From NCBI GenBank assembly GCA_029953675.1, contig JAMWBK010000011.1, forward strand, positions 744,001 through 808,000: a stretch of 64,000 nucleotides of DNA. Direction: 5' to 3'. The notes under the pieces are model-generated. The model did not search any database and had not been told where the DNA came from. It worked only from the letters and a program-made list of their open reading frames with translations. The DNA is from Rhodosorus marinus CCMP1338 (lineage: Eukaryota > Plantae > Rhodophyta). Shown piece after piece: positions 33,733 to 44,707 of this stretch (position 1 is its first letter; the number at the start of each line of letters is the position of its first letter). Made by a program: the position numbers and the translations under genes.

Positions 33733-34305
33733 CAAGAAGACAGTCTTAAGAATGCCTTTTTGTAGAGTCCGAACTATATAGACGTATATAGAACGTGAAG
33801 GAGAGGAAGGATTTTTTTCTTCCCTGACCGCGTCCGTGGTTCATTGGTATCCTTGCCTGCTGGTCGGGTTGGGTGAGCGAAACAGGAGCTCCCCCGTTTG
33901 TCGTTGGGGAGTGATGTGGTCAAGAAGACAGTCTTAAGTAAAGGCCTTTTTTTGTAGAGTCCAAACTATATAGACGTATATAGAACGTGAAGGATAGAAA
34001 AAATCCTTCCTATCGGAAGGATTTTTTCTTCCCTCACCCCGTCGGTGGTTGATTAGTATCCTGGCCTGTCGTCGAATTGGGTGAGCGAAACAGGAGGAGC
34101 TCCCCGTTAGTCTCTGGGAGAAATGTGGAGGGTTTTGGTCAAGAAGACAGTCTTAAGTAAAGCATTTCTTTAGAGTCCAGACTACATAGACGTATATAGA
34201 ACGTGGAAGAGAGGAACAAAATTTTTTTCCTGACCCCATCGATGGTTGATTAAAGTATCCTGGCCAGCTGGTTTTGGATTTGGGTTGCGAAAAAGGAGGA
34301 GCCCT
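33733..34305. repeat. Three tandem ~190-220-bp units upstream of member 6
   Basis: CAAGAAGACAGTCTTAAG...GTAGAGTCC.AACTATATAGACGTATATAGAACGTG starts at 33733, 33921 and 34140. Confidence 0.95.
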
Positions 34306-34900
34306 CCGGGCAGCTTACAAGTGAGCGGTGTGGGGACTAAAGGGAGTTGAGGTAAGAGACGTTGGGTTGTGAATGGAGGAAGGGGGGCGGGGACGTCTTC
34401 CTAGGAAATTTGACTTGCGGTTTTTTGGTTGTGGAAAGGACTTGCAAAGGAGCTTTCGCTGTTTCGTGTTGTGTTGGTGTTGGGGCTGGTTGGAAAACGG
34501 GTTTGCTCTGAGGAACTTGGGCGTTTGCTGGGAGTTTTCTATGAAAGCCTTTGTGTGACGCCTCCCAGTGGTGTTGTTGTTACCTTCTGCTGGTGCTGTT
34601 TTTGTGCGGGGTTTTGCTTCGGGAGGAGGGTTTTAACAAGCGAGTCAAGTTTTTTGCTTTGGGTGTCGGGTGTTCCTCAGTGTCTGGGGAGAACTCGTTT
34701 CGTTTTAAGCTGCCAGCGGAGCAAGAGGTTTCTGTTGCGCTTCGAGTTTTTGGGATTCTTTTTGGTTTTGTCTTCTCATCGTTTCGGACGGTGGGCTTCT
34801 TGAGGATGTTGGTGTCCTAGGAGTGGTACGCTGGGGGTTTCTTCCGGTGTTTATTTCTTTTTGGAAGGGGCGTGGGGTTTAGGGCAGTGTTCACGGAGCT

Positions 34901-36229
34901 ATGCAGGTTCCATTTTCGAGTCTGAGCGAGCACTTGGAATGGGACTCGATTCCTATGACCTGGTTGCTCTTTAAGAAGCACAAGTTGGCCGTCCCTCAGC
35001 GCGGTGAGTGGCGAATGCTGCTCATGGATATGAGAATGAAAGTTCCTGAGGTAACTGGAGCGGTTCTTGCCTCGTCGGAGGTCATTAAAATGCTGTCAGC
35101 GCTGCAGCAGCCGGCCATGTTGATAACAGATTACGTTGCGGAGAATTTTGTTCTGGGTTCCGGGTGGGCGTTCATGGGAGGTCTTCCAGAACTCGAGGGC
35201 TCGGCGAACGAGAGATTTGCTGGGCTGCAGCGGTTCAGGTTCATGACTTTCCTCGATTCTGGGAGGGTGACAAATATCTCGTGCATAGAAGTTCGTCCCG
35301 GGCTCATAGCGTTCGTGAGAGTAGAGGAGCTGAGTGGACGCTTGAACAGGACTTTCTGGGGCATCGTGGACAAGGAGGCGGAGATGGTCGAAGATTCGGG
35401 TATGTCAATTGATCACAGGGGCTGCGACATGTGCTATTCTTCGAAAGGAAAATGTGAAGCCAGATTGTGCGAGGACGAGCAGTACTTTGCTGACCTGTGG
35501 AACTCTAGGATGGTGCTGAAGCTCGGACTACAGCCGAGGTGGAAGACGTTGGAGTTCTTTACACACTGGTTTAGCGGCACCTGGACTATCCCAGTGGCAG
35601 ATTTAGAGCCAGTTAAGGTGTTGACGACTTGCTACAGAGCGGGAGCAGAATTCGAAAGTGCTTTGCTTGCCGTCGTGCAGGACGAAGTTCTTGGAGTGCA
35701 CCCGCCGCGGTCGTCGTTTAGGACGGTGAAATACGTGAGGGAAGCTGTGAAGTATTTTGTTGACCTCGAGGAGGGAGATCCACCTTTGCTGGGAGCGGAT
35801 TTACTGTCAGATTTCGACTCGGAAGGAGCTCAGAGTTTGTCTGGTCAGGAGGTGCTGAGTCCTGCACTGCCGAAGAATGTGTGCGGGATCTGCGGCGCAA
35901 AGTTCAAGAGAAACTACGAAGCAAAGAGACACCGGGAGACCGTTCACGAGAAACTCAGGGAAAACAAATGCTCCTTTTGCGGGAGGACTTTCTCGCAGAA
36001 GGGACATCTGAACGAGCACATCAGAGTAACACACAGGGAGAACAATGTGCATTCATGTCACGTCTGCGGAAAGAAGTTCGGTGTGAAGTCAAAGATGACC
36101 CGGCACGTTGCGACTGTGCATGAGAATCGGCGCACTTTCAAATGCGAGATGTGCAACCAGTGGTACAAGGAGAAGGCGTACCTTAAGCGGCATATGCTAA
36201 GCCAACACGGAGCCGCACTGGTGTCATAA
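34901..36229 (+). CDS. N-domain + Cys4 + 4xC2H2 zinc-finger protein (member 6)
   Basis: 442-aa ATG ORF with all family motifs and four fingers. Confidence 0.95.
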   Translation: MQVPFSSLSEHLEWDSIPMTWLLFKKHKLAVPQRGEWRMLLMDMRMKVPEVTGAVLASSEVIKMLSALQQPAMLITDYVAENFVLGSGWAFMGGLPELEGSANERFAGLQRFRFMTFLDSGRVTNISCIEVRPGLIAFVRVEELSGRLNRTFWGIVDKEAEMVEDSGMSIDHRGCDMCYSSKGKCEARLCEDEQYFADLWNSRMVLKLGLQPRWKTLEFFTHWFSGTWTIPVADLEPVKVLTTCYRAGAEFESALLAVVQDEVLGVHPPRSSFRTVKYVREAVKYFVDLEEGDPPLLGADLLSDFDSEGAQSLSGQEVLSPALPKNVCGICGAKFKRNYEAKRHRETVHEKLRENKCSFCGRTFSQKGHLNEHIRVTHRENNVHSCHVCGKKFGVKSKMTRHVATVHENRRTFKCEMCNQWYKEKAYLKRHMLSQHGAALVS

Positions 36230-37860
36230 GATTAAGAAAACTGGAAGGTTGGATATATGAACTTTCCAGCGTTAGGACGAAAACACGTGGTGTCTGTGCT
36301 CGTGAACGGCGAAATAGAATCGGGACCGAACAAGCTTCTCCGCATAACCAGCCTTTTGGTGAAGCAGTGGTCATGCCGAGCAAGGCGATTGCTGGAACCG
36401 ATGCAAGCTGGCAGTGGGGTTCTGCTTATGGCCTGAAGGGGGTTGTGGTTGTGTCGACTTCGCAGATTTGCTCCGTTGGCTAAGCCTGTGCGCACAGGCG
36501 AGAATGCTAGACGACGGGAGTAAGAGCAGTCGGTGGTGCGGCGGACGTGGACCTGTTTTTCGCTTGAGTAGCAAGTCTGCCACGCCGAAAACTCAATTTC
36601 GATACAAATTGGAACTCATCTGCTCCTGTCCTTGCTGCCGCCCAGCGAACGTTGTCGTACAGACTAGAGACTCGAAGTCTCTGTCGGACCTAACAGTTCA
36701 GTTTTGCTAAATTCTAATTGATGATTAAAATAATAATATTGAGTTTAGCTCCAAGCAAACAGCACACTGTAGCTTCACGCGTTGCTACGTTCGCACAACT
36801 TATTATCGGAACGGTGAAGCCCGGTCTGAGCAGGATAGTTTCCGGAGTCTTGTGCACGCAGCAAGCTGAGGAAGAATTCCCGAATGAGGTACGCTAGGAA
36901 GGGCGCAGAGAGCGCGCCTCCAGAACCAAAGCAGCGTTATTTCACCACAAAGTTAGACTCAAACAAGCGTAGAATCTAGACAGAGGATCAGGGCCGTCAT
37001 CGTAACACTAACTCAACCAGGCATTCAAGCCCTCAGCAACTAGGTGGGGGGGTGGGAGGGGAAAACCGATGAGCCCGAGCAGACTGCGGAGCCTCAGCGT
37101 TGGTAAGCGCCTCCGCGTACCCGAGGGTTCTCATGCCTCCGCTCCACCGGCTATTTAAAGATGCTTTTCGATCGGTGGCTTTCGTGGTTTTACTAATATA
37201 GCCCTTGAAATGTCCGCAGCGGGTAATTCCACTACGAACAACGGACGAATGTTTGCAAGCGGAGGCGTCGGCAGTAAGCCCAAGCTAGCAAGCTCTTAGA
37301 GTATCCCCATAAAGCGACACACTGAATGCACATAAGAGACTAGACATTCTGCAGGATAGTCAGCGATTACTTTTGGCAAAGCCTGAGCTTTTCAACGGTG
37401 GGCGGGGGGGGGGGTGAAACAGTTCATCGTATAGGTTCCCAGATTCCAATCCATTCTTGAACCTGACTTGTTTCCCAAGCGGATGAAATACCGTCGAGCA
37501 ACTTCCGAGACGCGTTGAAGCTCTTCTCCTGTTGTTGCATCGACGAGAACGAAAGCTAGTCGCCTGCTTCCCCCTTAGGATGGAAGGTAATCTATTTATG
37601 GGTGGAGGGCCAACTTTCGGAACGCTTTGTGAAGGTCGACGACTATTGTAGCGTTTTCGTTCCTCTTCTGGAAGATTTGCTTTGAGGAACTGCGGTTAGG
37701 AAGCTAGTCGAGAGGGACGAGAGACGGTTTCGTTTGTGCTTCTGAGGAGGCTGGTTGGCGCCAGTCGAATTCGGAGTGTGTAATTGAATTGGTTTCTTTG
37801 GTTCGAAGTGGGTCGCATTGTTTGCAAAAAAGTCTGGGCTATGTAGTTGCTAAGGCAAGT

Positions 37861-39240
37861 ATGGAGACTCCTTACTCGAGTCAAAGTGAGCACTTGGTAT
37901 GGGATTCCATGCCGATGAATTGGTCCTTGTTTAAGACGTACAAACTGGCGGCCCCGCAGCCATCGGACTGGGGAATGCTGCTGCTGGACATGCAAATTAG
38001 AGTCCCTGAGGCTACCGGGGCGGTTCTTGCATCTTCAGAGATCATGCAGATGGTAGGAGTTCTGCAGCAGCCGGCGCTGATGATGACAGAGTACATTTGC
38101 GACAGCTATGCGTTAGGTTCTGGATGGGCTTTCCTCGGGGGTTTGCCGGAGCTGAACGGCGTAGAGAACACGAGCTTTATGGGACTGCAGAGGTTCAGGT
38201 TTATGAGCTTTGTTGAGGGAGGGAAGATGGCGACGCTTTCGTCCGCGGAGGTTGGACCTGGCACCGTTGCCTTCGTGAAGGCGAAGGAGGTGGACGCGCG
38301 ACACAATGCAACTTGGTGGGGCATTGTGGACAAGGAGAAGGAGACTATCCTGGAGTACAGCACCTCCGTTACGCGGCGAGCTTGTGAAGAGTGCCGGGTG
38401 ATGGTGAAGACGTGTGACCCACGAACCTGTGCCAGCGACGTTTCCTCAGAAGACCTTTGGCACTGGAGTAAAAGAAAAGAGCTGAAGGATCATACCGGCC
38501 TCAGGAAGCTAACGTTGGAGTATACGCAGTATTGGCATCGTGATTCTTGGGCGATTTATGTTGGTCCTCTCGAGCCGTTGACAATTTCGCTTTCTCAGTA
38601 CTCGAGTGGTCCTGTCTTCCAGATTGCGCATATCGCAGTTGTTCAGGACGAAGTGCTAGGGCTACACCCTCCGCGGTCGTCGTTTCGAACTGTGAAGTAT
38701 GCGCGGGACTTGTTGAACTATCCCGATGGCCTCGAGGTGGGAAAGCCGTCTTCAGCAATAGGAGTCGAGCTTCTTAAGCCGGCGGGAAGCTCAGAAAGTG
38801 GAAGCAGTTCCGCAGATGCCGTCAGCGCTCCAGCCTCGCTGAAGGGCTTATGTGAGATCTGTGGGGCAAAGTTTAAGAGAAAATACGAAGCGAGAAGGCA
38901 CCGGGAGAATGTTCACGAGAAACTGCGGGAGCACCAGTGCGAACTGTGCGAGAGAACGTTCTCCCAGAAAGGTCACTTGAACGAGCATATCCGTGTGATT
39001 CATAGTGAGCAGTCTGTGAATTCGTGCACTATCTGCGGGAAGCGGTTTGGAGTGAAGTCCAAGATGGAGCGGCATGTGGCAACAGTACATGAAAATCGGC
39101 GATCATTTCAGTGTGAGGTGTGCAAGAAGTGGTACAAAGAGAAAGGATACCTGAAGCGGCATTTGCGTGTGGCGCACGAATTGGAATTGTCCTCGGAGAA
39201 GCTTAGAATAGGAGATTCTTCCGAAGACATGTCCGCATAG
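37861..39240 (+). CDS. N-domain + Cys4 + 4xC2H2 zinc-finger protein (member 7)
   Basis: ATG at 37861 (METPYSSQSEHL) aligns with member 6 (MQVPFSSLSEHL). All motifs and four fingers present. Confidence 0.95.
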   Translation: METPYSSQSEHLVWDSMPMNWSLFKTYKLAAPQPSDWGMLLLDMQIRVPEATGAVLASSEIMQMVGVLQQPALMMTEYICDSYALGSGWAFLGGLPELNGVENTSFMGLQRFRFMSFVEGGKMATLSSAEVGPGTVAFVKAKEVDARHNATWWGIVDKEKETILEYSTSVTRRACEECRVMVKTCDPRTCASDVSSEDLWHWSKRKELKDHTGLRKLTLEYTQYWHRDSWAIYVGPLEPLTISLSQYSSGPVFQIAHIAVVQDEVLGLHPPRSSFRTVKYARDLLNYPDGLEVGKPSSAIGVELLKPAGSSESGSSSADAVSAPASLKGLCEICGAKFKRKYEARRHRENVHEKLREHQCELCERTFSQKGHLNEHIRVIHSEQSVNSCTICGKRFGVKSKMERHVATVHENRRSFQCEVCKKWYKEKGYLKRHLRVAHELELSSEKLRIGDSSEDMSA

Positions 39241-39614
39241 CGTTGTGCCGAGCTGGAAGTGTATGTATTACCTGACGGGAGGCAGATGGATATAACTTAA
39301 TTTCCCCCAGTCCGCACTTGATGTGTGTTTTGACCAAAAAGTCGTCGTCTAACCAGGGGCACAATCTGTGTTAGCCTGTGGATCGATACTCGTCGACTTG
39401 GCAATTCACGACCAACTCCTCGCCCGGCTCGTGTCCGGTTCCCTAGCGCTGTTGAGGCAGAGAAAATTCATCTCTACTGAGGAGCTACTTACTCCTTTCT
39501 GCTCTATCAATCGAACTTCTCAAAACGTACCCAGCAGATCAAAGCAGGGTTTGTGCGCAAACATCGTCACGAGAGAATGTGGATGATGTTCGCATATATA
39601 CATGTGAACTGGGG

Positions 39615-39650
39615 CGAAGGCCGGTGTCGTGGGAACGACACCGGCCTTCG
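39615..39650. other. Perfect 16-bp GC-rich hairpin with a GGGA (GNRA) tetraloop
   Basis: CGAAGGCCGGTGTCGT-GGGA-ACGACACCGGCCTTCG. Confidence 0.95.
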
Positions 39651-41556
39651 ATGATCATTGATCACGCTGCCCACGAATACCAACGAACGTTGGCTAAAGC
39701 TGCCAGTCGATGAATACGAATCGCAATTCCTTTCGAAACCATGCTTTCTGAGCGACAATGAAAAATACCCGAAATTTAAATTAGAAAAATCATATCGTAT
39801 TGGCTACGATAGTTTTTATTTATTAATATATTTTGCTAGTAACCCGTGAATTGATGGGAATTCAGACGATATGCATCTTTTTATACCAATGAATAGCGTT
39901 CACATTTTTGCTTATATCCAATTATTAGAAGGTATGATCAGATGTTTGCCAATGACAATTGTATATTTATGTACTACGGTTTTGTCCTGTTTTGGAAAGT
40001 CAGGGTGTGACACTTGGAGCGTGAGGCAGCAAGCGATGGGGCAATGCGGGGGGCGGCCGTTGAGATAAATGAAGGACAGATTGGTCTTCAGTCTTGGAAT
40101 AGTTGGTTTTTTGATTGTCGGGAAATCTCATCGTCGTCGAAGCGGACTGCTCTGAGTCCCCTTCAGAAAGCCGTTAACTTCTGATTGCTCTATTGATCGA
40201 GAAGACAAGCGTCGCACTAGCTTGGCACACCTCAAAGTGCTATTGCGAGGAGCAGAAGCCCATGTGCCATACCCACTCATGTACACATACGTTGATGAGC
40301 GTGGATGGCTCGAACTCTGAACAACTCGCCAGTGCACTAAGAAAAGAACGAGCGTAAAAAAAAGTGTGATGTCCTAAAACAGCGGAAGCAAGTGTAAAAG
40401 AGCATTGCAAAACTTGTCGAGAGGGTGGTAAGCCAACTGGTCCATCCTTTCCAGCTTGGCTTTCCTTTCCATGACCTGAGCAAGGGGGCGGCCCTCTCCG
40501 AGTTTGCTGCGTCGATGATCAACCATCCTCGGACGAGTCAGGGTGTGCATACGGACACCCGGTCTTCAATTTTGCGAATGAGGACCATATTCTTCGTAAA
40601 ACATGTTCGAAACACTCAACCTCCGTTGTATTTCGCCAAACTGCGGTGCGCTCTTTACTGATTCCGTAATCCGCAAGCCCCGCAAAGTACGGATAGCTCC
40701 GTGAGCCGACTGTCTGAATTCCGCGTACCAGGGCGACATGCTGTTCATCGGAGAAGCTTCCACTTGCACCCGCTTTTTCGCCTAGTCCAAGCTTTGAATT
40801 TACTGTATTCTTTTTTTGCCTCCGATTGTCTGCGAGAACCAACCTGACCTTCCAACTGTGCCGAGCCACAAAGCCAGTCCGTAGTTGGAGTCCAGACCTA
40901 AAAAAAAAATTTAGAAAGCGCAATAGTCTAGATATACGGAGGCCGGACATGTTTTATATGTTCATAGGAAACTTTTGGACTATTGTGGTTCGCACTGTAA
41001 ATAAAACGGAGTATTCTAAGCTATATCAACTCTAGATGTAGTACAAAGAAAAGTATGAGTTCTAAGGAGCAAGCTTCGACGCCAATATGGAGAGCGCTTC
41101 TCCTCCACTTTTGGTTCATTTACACTCTCTAGCAGCTTCTCGCTCGAAGTCAACGGGTCAAAGTCTCGTCCAGGTATATTACCAGCGAGTCCTAGTCGGC
41201 AACCTATGGAGTAAGTCAGTCGTATTGTTTCAGAAGCCTGTAGGTAATTTCTGTGGTCAGGTCTCACCTGAGTTTGTTGGGCTTGTGGGTTGATAAAAGT
41301 CCATCCCCAGAAGGGTTTGGCGGGACAGTGATGGGCAAGCGAGATATTGCTCCAAGCCAGGGTGAGGAAAGCCAGATTCATTTGTTAAGGAATTGTTCGG
41401 GTTTGGAAGGCTGTGGAAAGGATTGAGAAGGTTTGCTTGCTGTTGGTAGTGCGTGGACTGACACCCCTCGCACGCGCGGGGGGTGGTTCTTTAGCGCTTG
41501 CCGAGGGTGGCTGGTTGATTTGAAACGAGCAGAGGAGGGGTCGCAACAGAGGCAGG

Positions 41557-43029
41557 ATGGACTATGTAGGAAGTCCTGCGTCGAGAATATGTCGTTACTT
41601 GGTGTGGAACTCAGTTCCGATGAACTGGATTCTTTTCAATCTGCACAAGCTGTCTGTTCCGGAGTCGGTGGATTGGAAGACCCTGCTGATGGACTCCCGG
41701 GTGGTTGTTCCCGAAGCGACGCTTCAGGTTTTGCAGGAAAATGAAATGAGCAAGATGTTGGCAGCTTTGCAGCAACCGTTCCTGTTAACGACCCAGTTCG
41801 GCAATGAGTCTTACTCGCTTGGCTCTGGATGGGCATTCATGGGTGGACTCCCGGAGGTGGACGGGGAAGTAAACCCTGGGTTCACAGGTTTGAAGAGGAT
41901 CAGGTTCCTAATGTACATGGAGGGTTCTGATGTAATCGAGCTGTTGAGTACTGAGGTAGTCCCTGGAATCGTGGCTTTTGTGAAGTCCACGGATGTGAAC
42001 GAGAGGGTAACCCTGTCGACTTGGGGGATACTGGACAAAGCGACGGAGACAATCATAGGGACGCAGCCTTCTGGCAACCTCAGAGTCTGCGAAATGTGCG
42101 AACTGTTGAACATACCGTGTAGCCCATCGACTTGTAAGAACGAAGAGGTATTCAAGGAGAAATTTGTTAGTCGGAATCAGCTAAAGGCCCGATGGGATTT
42201 CGAGAAACTGACAATGGAGTACGGCTATCAGTGGATGGTAGGAACATGGAAGGTTCCAATGGGAGATCTCGAGCCCATAACACTGAAGCAACAGTGCCAC
42301 AGTCGCGGTGCTTTGTTTGATAAGGCACTGGAGTGCGTGACCCAGGACGAAGTTCTAAGGGTTCTTCCGCCGAGGGCCTCATTTCGAGCTGTTAAGTATG
42401 AGAAGGACGTTGCTAGCTATTTTCTGGACCTGGAGAACGAGTATGGGATGTTAGGCGAAGAGTCATTCGCGGACGGTGGTCTCGAGCTCATCGGTACAAG
42501 CAGCCTTTTTGATGACGCTCTGGATCCTGCAGCGGGATATGAGGGAGCACATATTGTGGGGATTAGCTCGCAGTTTTCGGGGGAAAAAGGATTTCCGAGG
42601 GATGCTGACGAGTTGGCGGAGCGCGTGAGAATTCTAGACCGCAGATCAAGTGGCAGCGAGTCGAAAACTGCTTCGTGCGATATATGTGGGAAGCAGTTCA
42701 TGAGAGATTTTGAAGTTAAGAGACACAAAGTGACGGTTCATCAAAAGCGGCGGGACTTTGCCTGTGCAGAGTGCGGAAGAAACTTTACACAGATTGGACA
42801 CTTGAACGAACATGTAAGAGTTCATCACAGCGGGAAGAACCTGCACGTCTGCAAAGTCTGTGGGAAGAAGTTTGGCGTGAAGTCGAAGTTGAGACGACAC
42901 GAATCAGCGGTCCACGAGAATCGCCGTACTTTCCCATGCAGAATTTGTAACCAATCGTACAAAGACAAGTCGTATCTGAGACAGCACTGGATGAGTCAGC
43001 ATCCAAGGGAAAGGTGGCAAAACACTTGA
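41557..43029 (+). CDS. N-domain + Cys4 + 4xC2H2 zinc-finger protein (member 8)
   Basis: 490-aa ATG ORF with all motifs, a longer acidic linker and four fingers. Confidence 0.95.
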   Translation: MDYVGSPASRICRYLVWNSVPMNWILFNLHKLSVPESVDWKTLLMDSRVVVPEATLQVLQENEMSKMLAALQQPFLLTTQFGNESYSLGSGWAFMGGLPEVDGEVNPGFTGLKRIRFLMYMEGSDVIELLSTEVVPGIVAFVKSTDVNERVTLSTWGILDKATETIIGTQPSGNLRVCEMCELLNIPCSPSTCKNEEVFKEKFVSRNQLKARWDFEKLTMEYGYQWMVGTWKVPMGDLEPITLKQQCHSRGALFDKALECVTQDEVLRVLPPRASFRAVKYEKDVASYFLDLENEYGMLGEESFADGGLELIGTSSLFDDALDPAAGYEGAHIVGISSQFSGEKGFPRDADELAERVRILDRRSSGSESKTASCDICGKQFMRDFEVKRHKVTVHQKRRDFACAECGRNFTQIGHLNEHVRVHHSGKNLHVCKVCGKKFGVKSKLRRHESAVHENRRTFPCRICNQSYKDKSYLRQHWMSQHPRERWQNT

Positions 43030-43162
43030 GCACAGTCGTGAACACACCCCGGTCGTCAGAAAACAGGGAGTGAACACCCACGTATCATAGAGTTGGTTGA
43101 GGCTTCACTGGCACTAAGAACTCAGGTGGAAAGCAGGACGTCTTTTACAGACATAAATGTAA

Positions 43163-43178
43163 ATATATATATATATAT
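43163..43178. repeat. (AT)8 microsatellite
   Basis: ATATATATATATATAT downstream of member 8. Confidence 0.9.
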
Positions 43179-44050
43179 TCTCAAATCAGATGTAGAACAA
43201 CTCGTTTCTGAACTGGTGTTGGACTGTTAGCGCCGCGAGAATACGCTTCAATGAGTCGTTGCGAATCGGTCAGGGGACGTTCGGAGACTTGGCATACTCA
43301 ATCGGAACTGGATCCCGAACCCAAGCCGCCTGATTATGGACGTTTATGGATGCATAAACGAATCCGACTCTTGAGCTCGTAACAGACGGGAATACCGCGA
43401 ACAAACTGTGCCGGCACACCAATCCGCACCCTCCAGGGGCCTCGGACTCAGCGTTCAAGTCATGTACTCGAAGCAAATACAACCAGGCGGGGAGTAGACG
43501 GACCTGTACGTCCCCAAATCTTTAATCTGGCACAGATGCTAGAGGATCTCGACAAGCTACATATGACGCTGATTGTTCCTAAAAAAAGTGCTTGCGCTCC
43601 AGCCCGCACCCTTCAAGGTCGCGGACTAAAAATTCTCCACGATCCGTTCCTCATATCATGTTTTCTACAGCCGGACCGCATGCTAAGAGTTGGGGGGCAG
43701 TTTTCGTTTTGTCCGCGCTCTCTGCCGGCGGTCCGATCTCCACTAGTTAAAGACGTAGTTCGTGTGCTTGTCCGTCGTCCCTGATGGCTCCTCCTGCCAC
43801 CAAAATCCCCATCTGCTATCATCGTTGAGAGACAGTATCTTACTCTTTACAGTCCCACAAAAACTCAGCAGGATTTGCGTTCGGAAAGTCCTCTTTATAG
43901 AAATGCGCTTTTGGAGGAGACCAAAATGGCGTTTGGAAAGGAAGAGCCTGAAGCAGATGGTTGTCGGCTGGAGTAGGAACCCCTTCTAGACTTTTTCAGT
44001 CCTTGTACAATCTTTGTCCACTATTAAAAAAGGCCCTTCTTCCCCGTTGA

Positions 44051-44357
44051 AACGGACAAAGCGGAAGAGACATCAGGCTCACATGTTCTCCTCAGGGTCG
44101 GTAGATGCTGTATTGTCGTCTCGACGTTCGGGTTGGGACCAAGCGGATGGGTAGGTGGTAGGGAGTTGTCCCCTTCCGAGCTTGGTTTTCATATCTTGGA
44201 ACGGACAACGGACAAAAGCGGAAGAGAATCGCAAGCCCATGTTATGCTCAAGGTCTGTAGCTGCTGTATTGTCGTCTCTCTCGTTTCGGGTTGGCATCAA
44301 GGTTGATGAGGACGTGGTAGAGAGTCGTCACACCTTCCGAGCTTGGTTTTCATATCC
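44051..44357. repeat. Two tandem ~156-bp units upstream of member 9
   Basis: AACGGACAAA(A)GCGGAAGAGA at 44051 and 44207. TGCTGTATTGTCGTCTC and CCTTCCGAGCTTGGTTTTCATATC each occur twice. Confidence 0.9.
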
Positions 44358-44707
44358 TCTTTTTGTTATGTGGAAGAGGACGGCGTGTGGTGCGACTTGC
44401 CGATATTGTAGGTTAGGAGTCGGTCGTTGGAGAGGGGTTGATTTTGTTTTGACGGAGCGACGAGGTAGCTGTGCTGGGCTTGCGGGGGTAGGGGGTGGGA
44501 ATGTCTATGGCGATGTGAGCGCGGGAAGAGAGATGTTGGAGCTGGTGGAGGTAGGTTTCACTGAGGTTTTGATGCTAGCTTTCACGGGGGTGAGTTTGGG
44601 GCTGAACAGGGTTTGGGTTTGAGGTTGAGTTTTGTCAAAGGTCTACAAGGAGGCCTGTTGGGAGACGCGACGGTGCTCGCAAGTTGGAGAACCTAAGGTT
44701 CGAAGCG

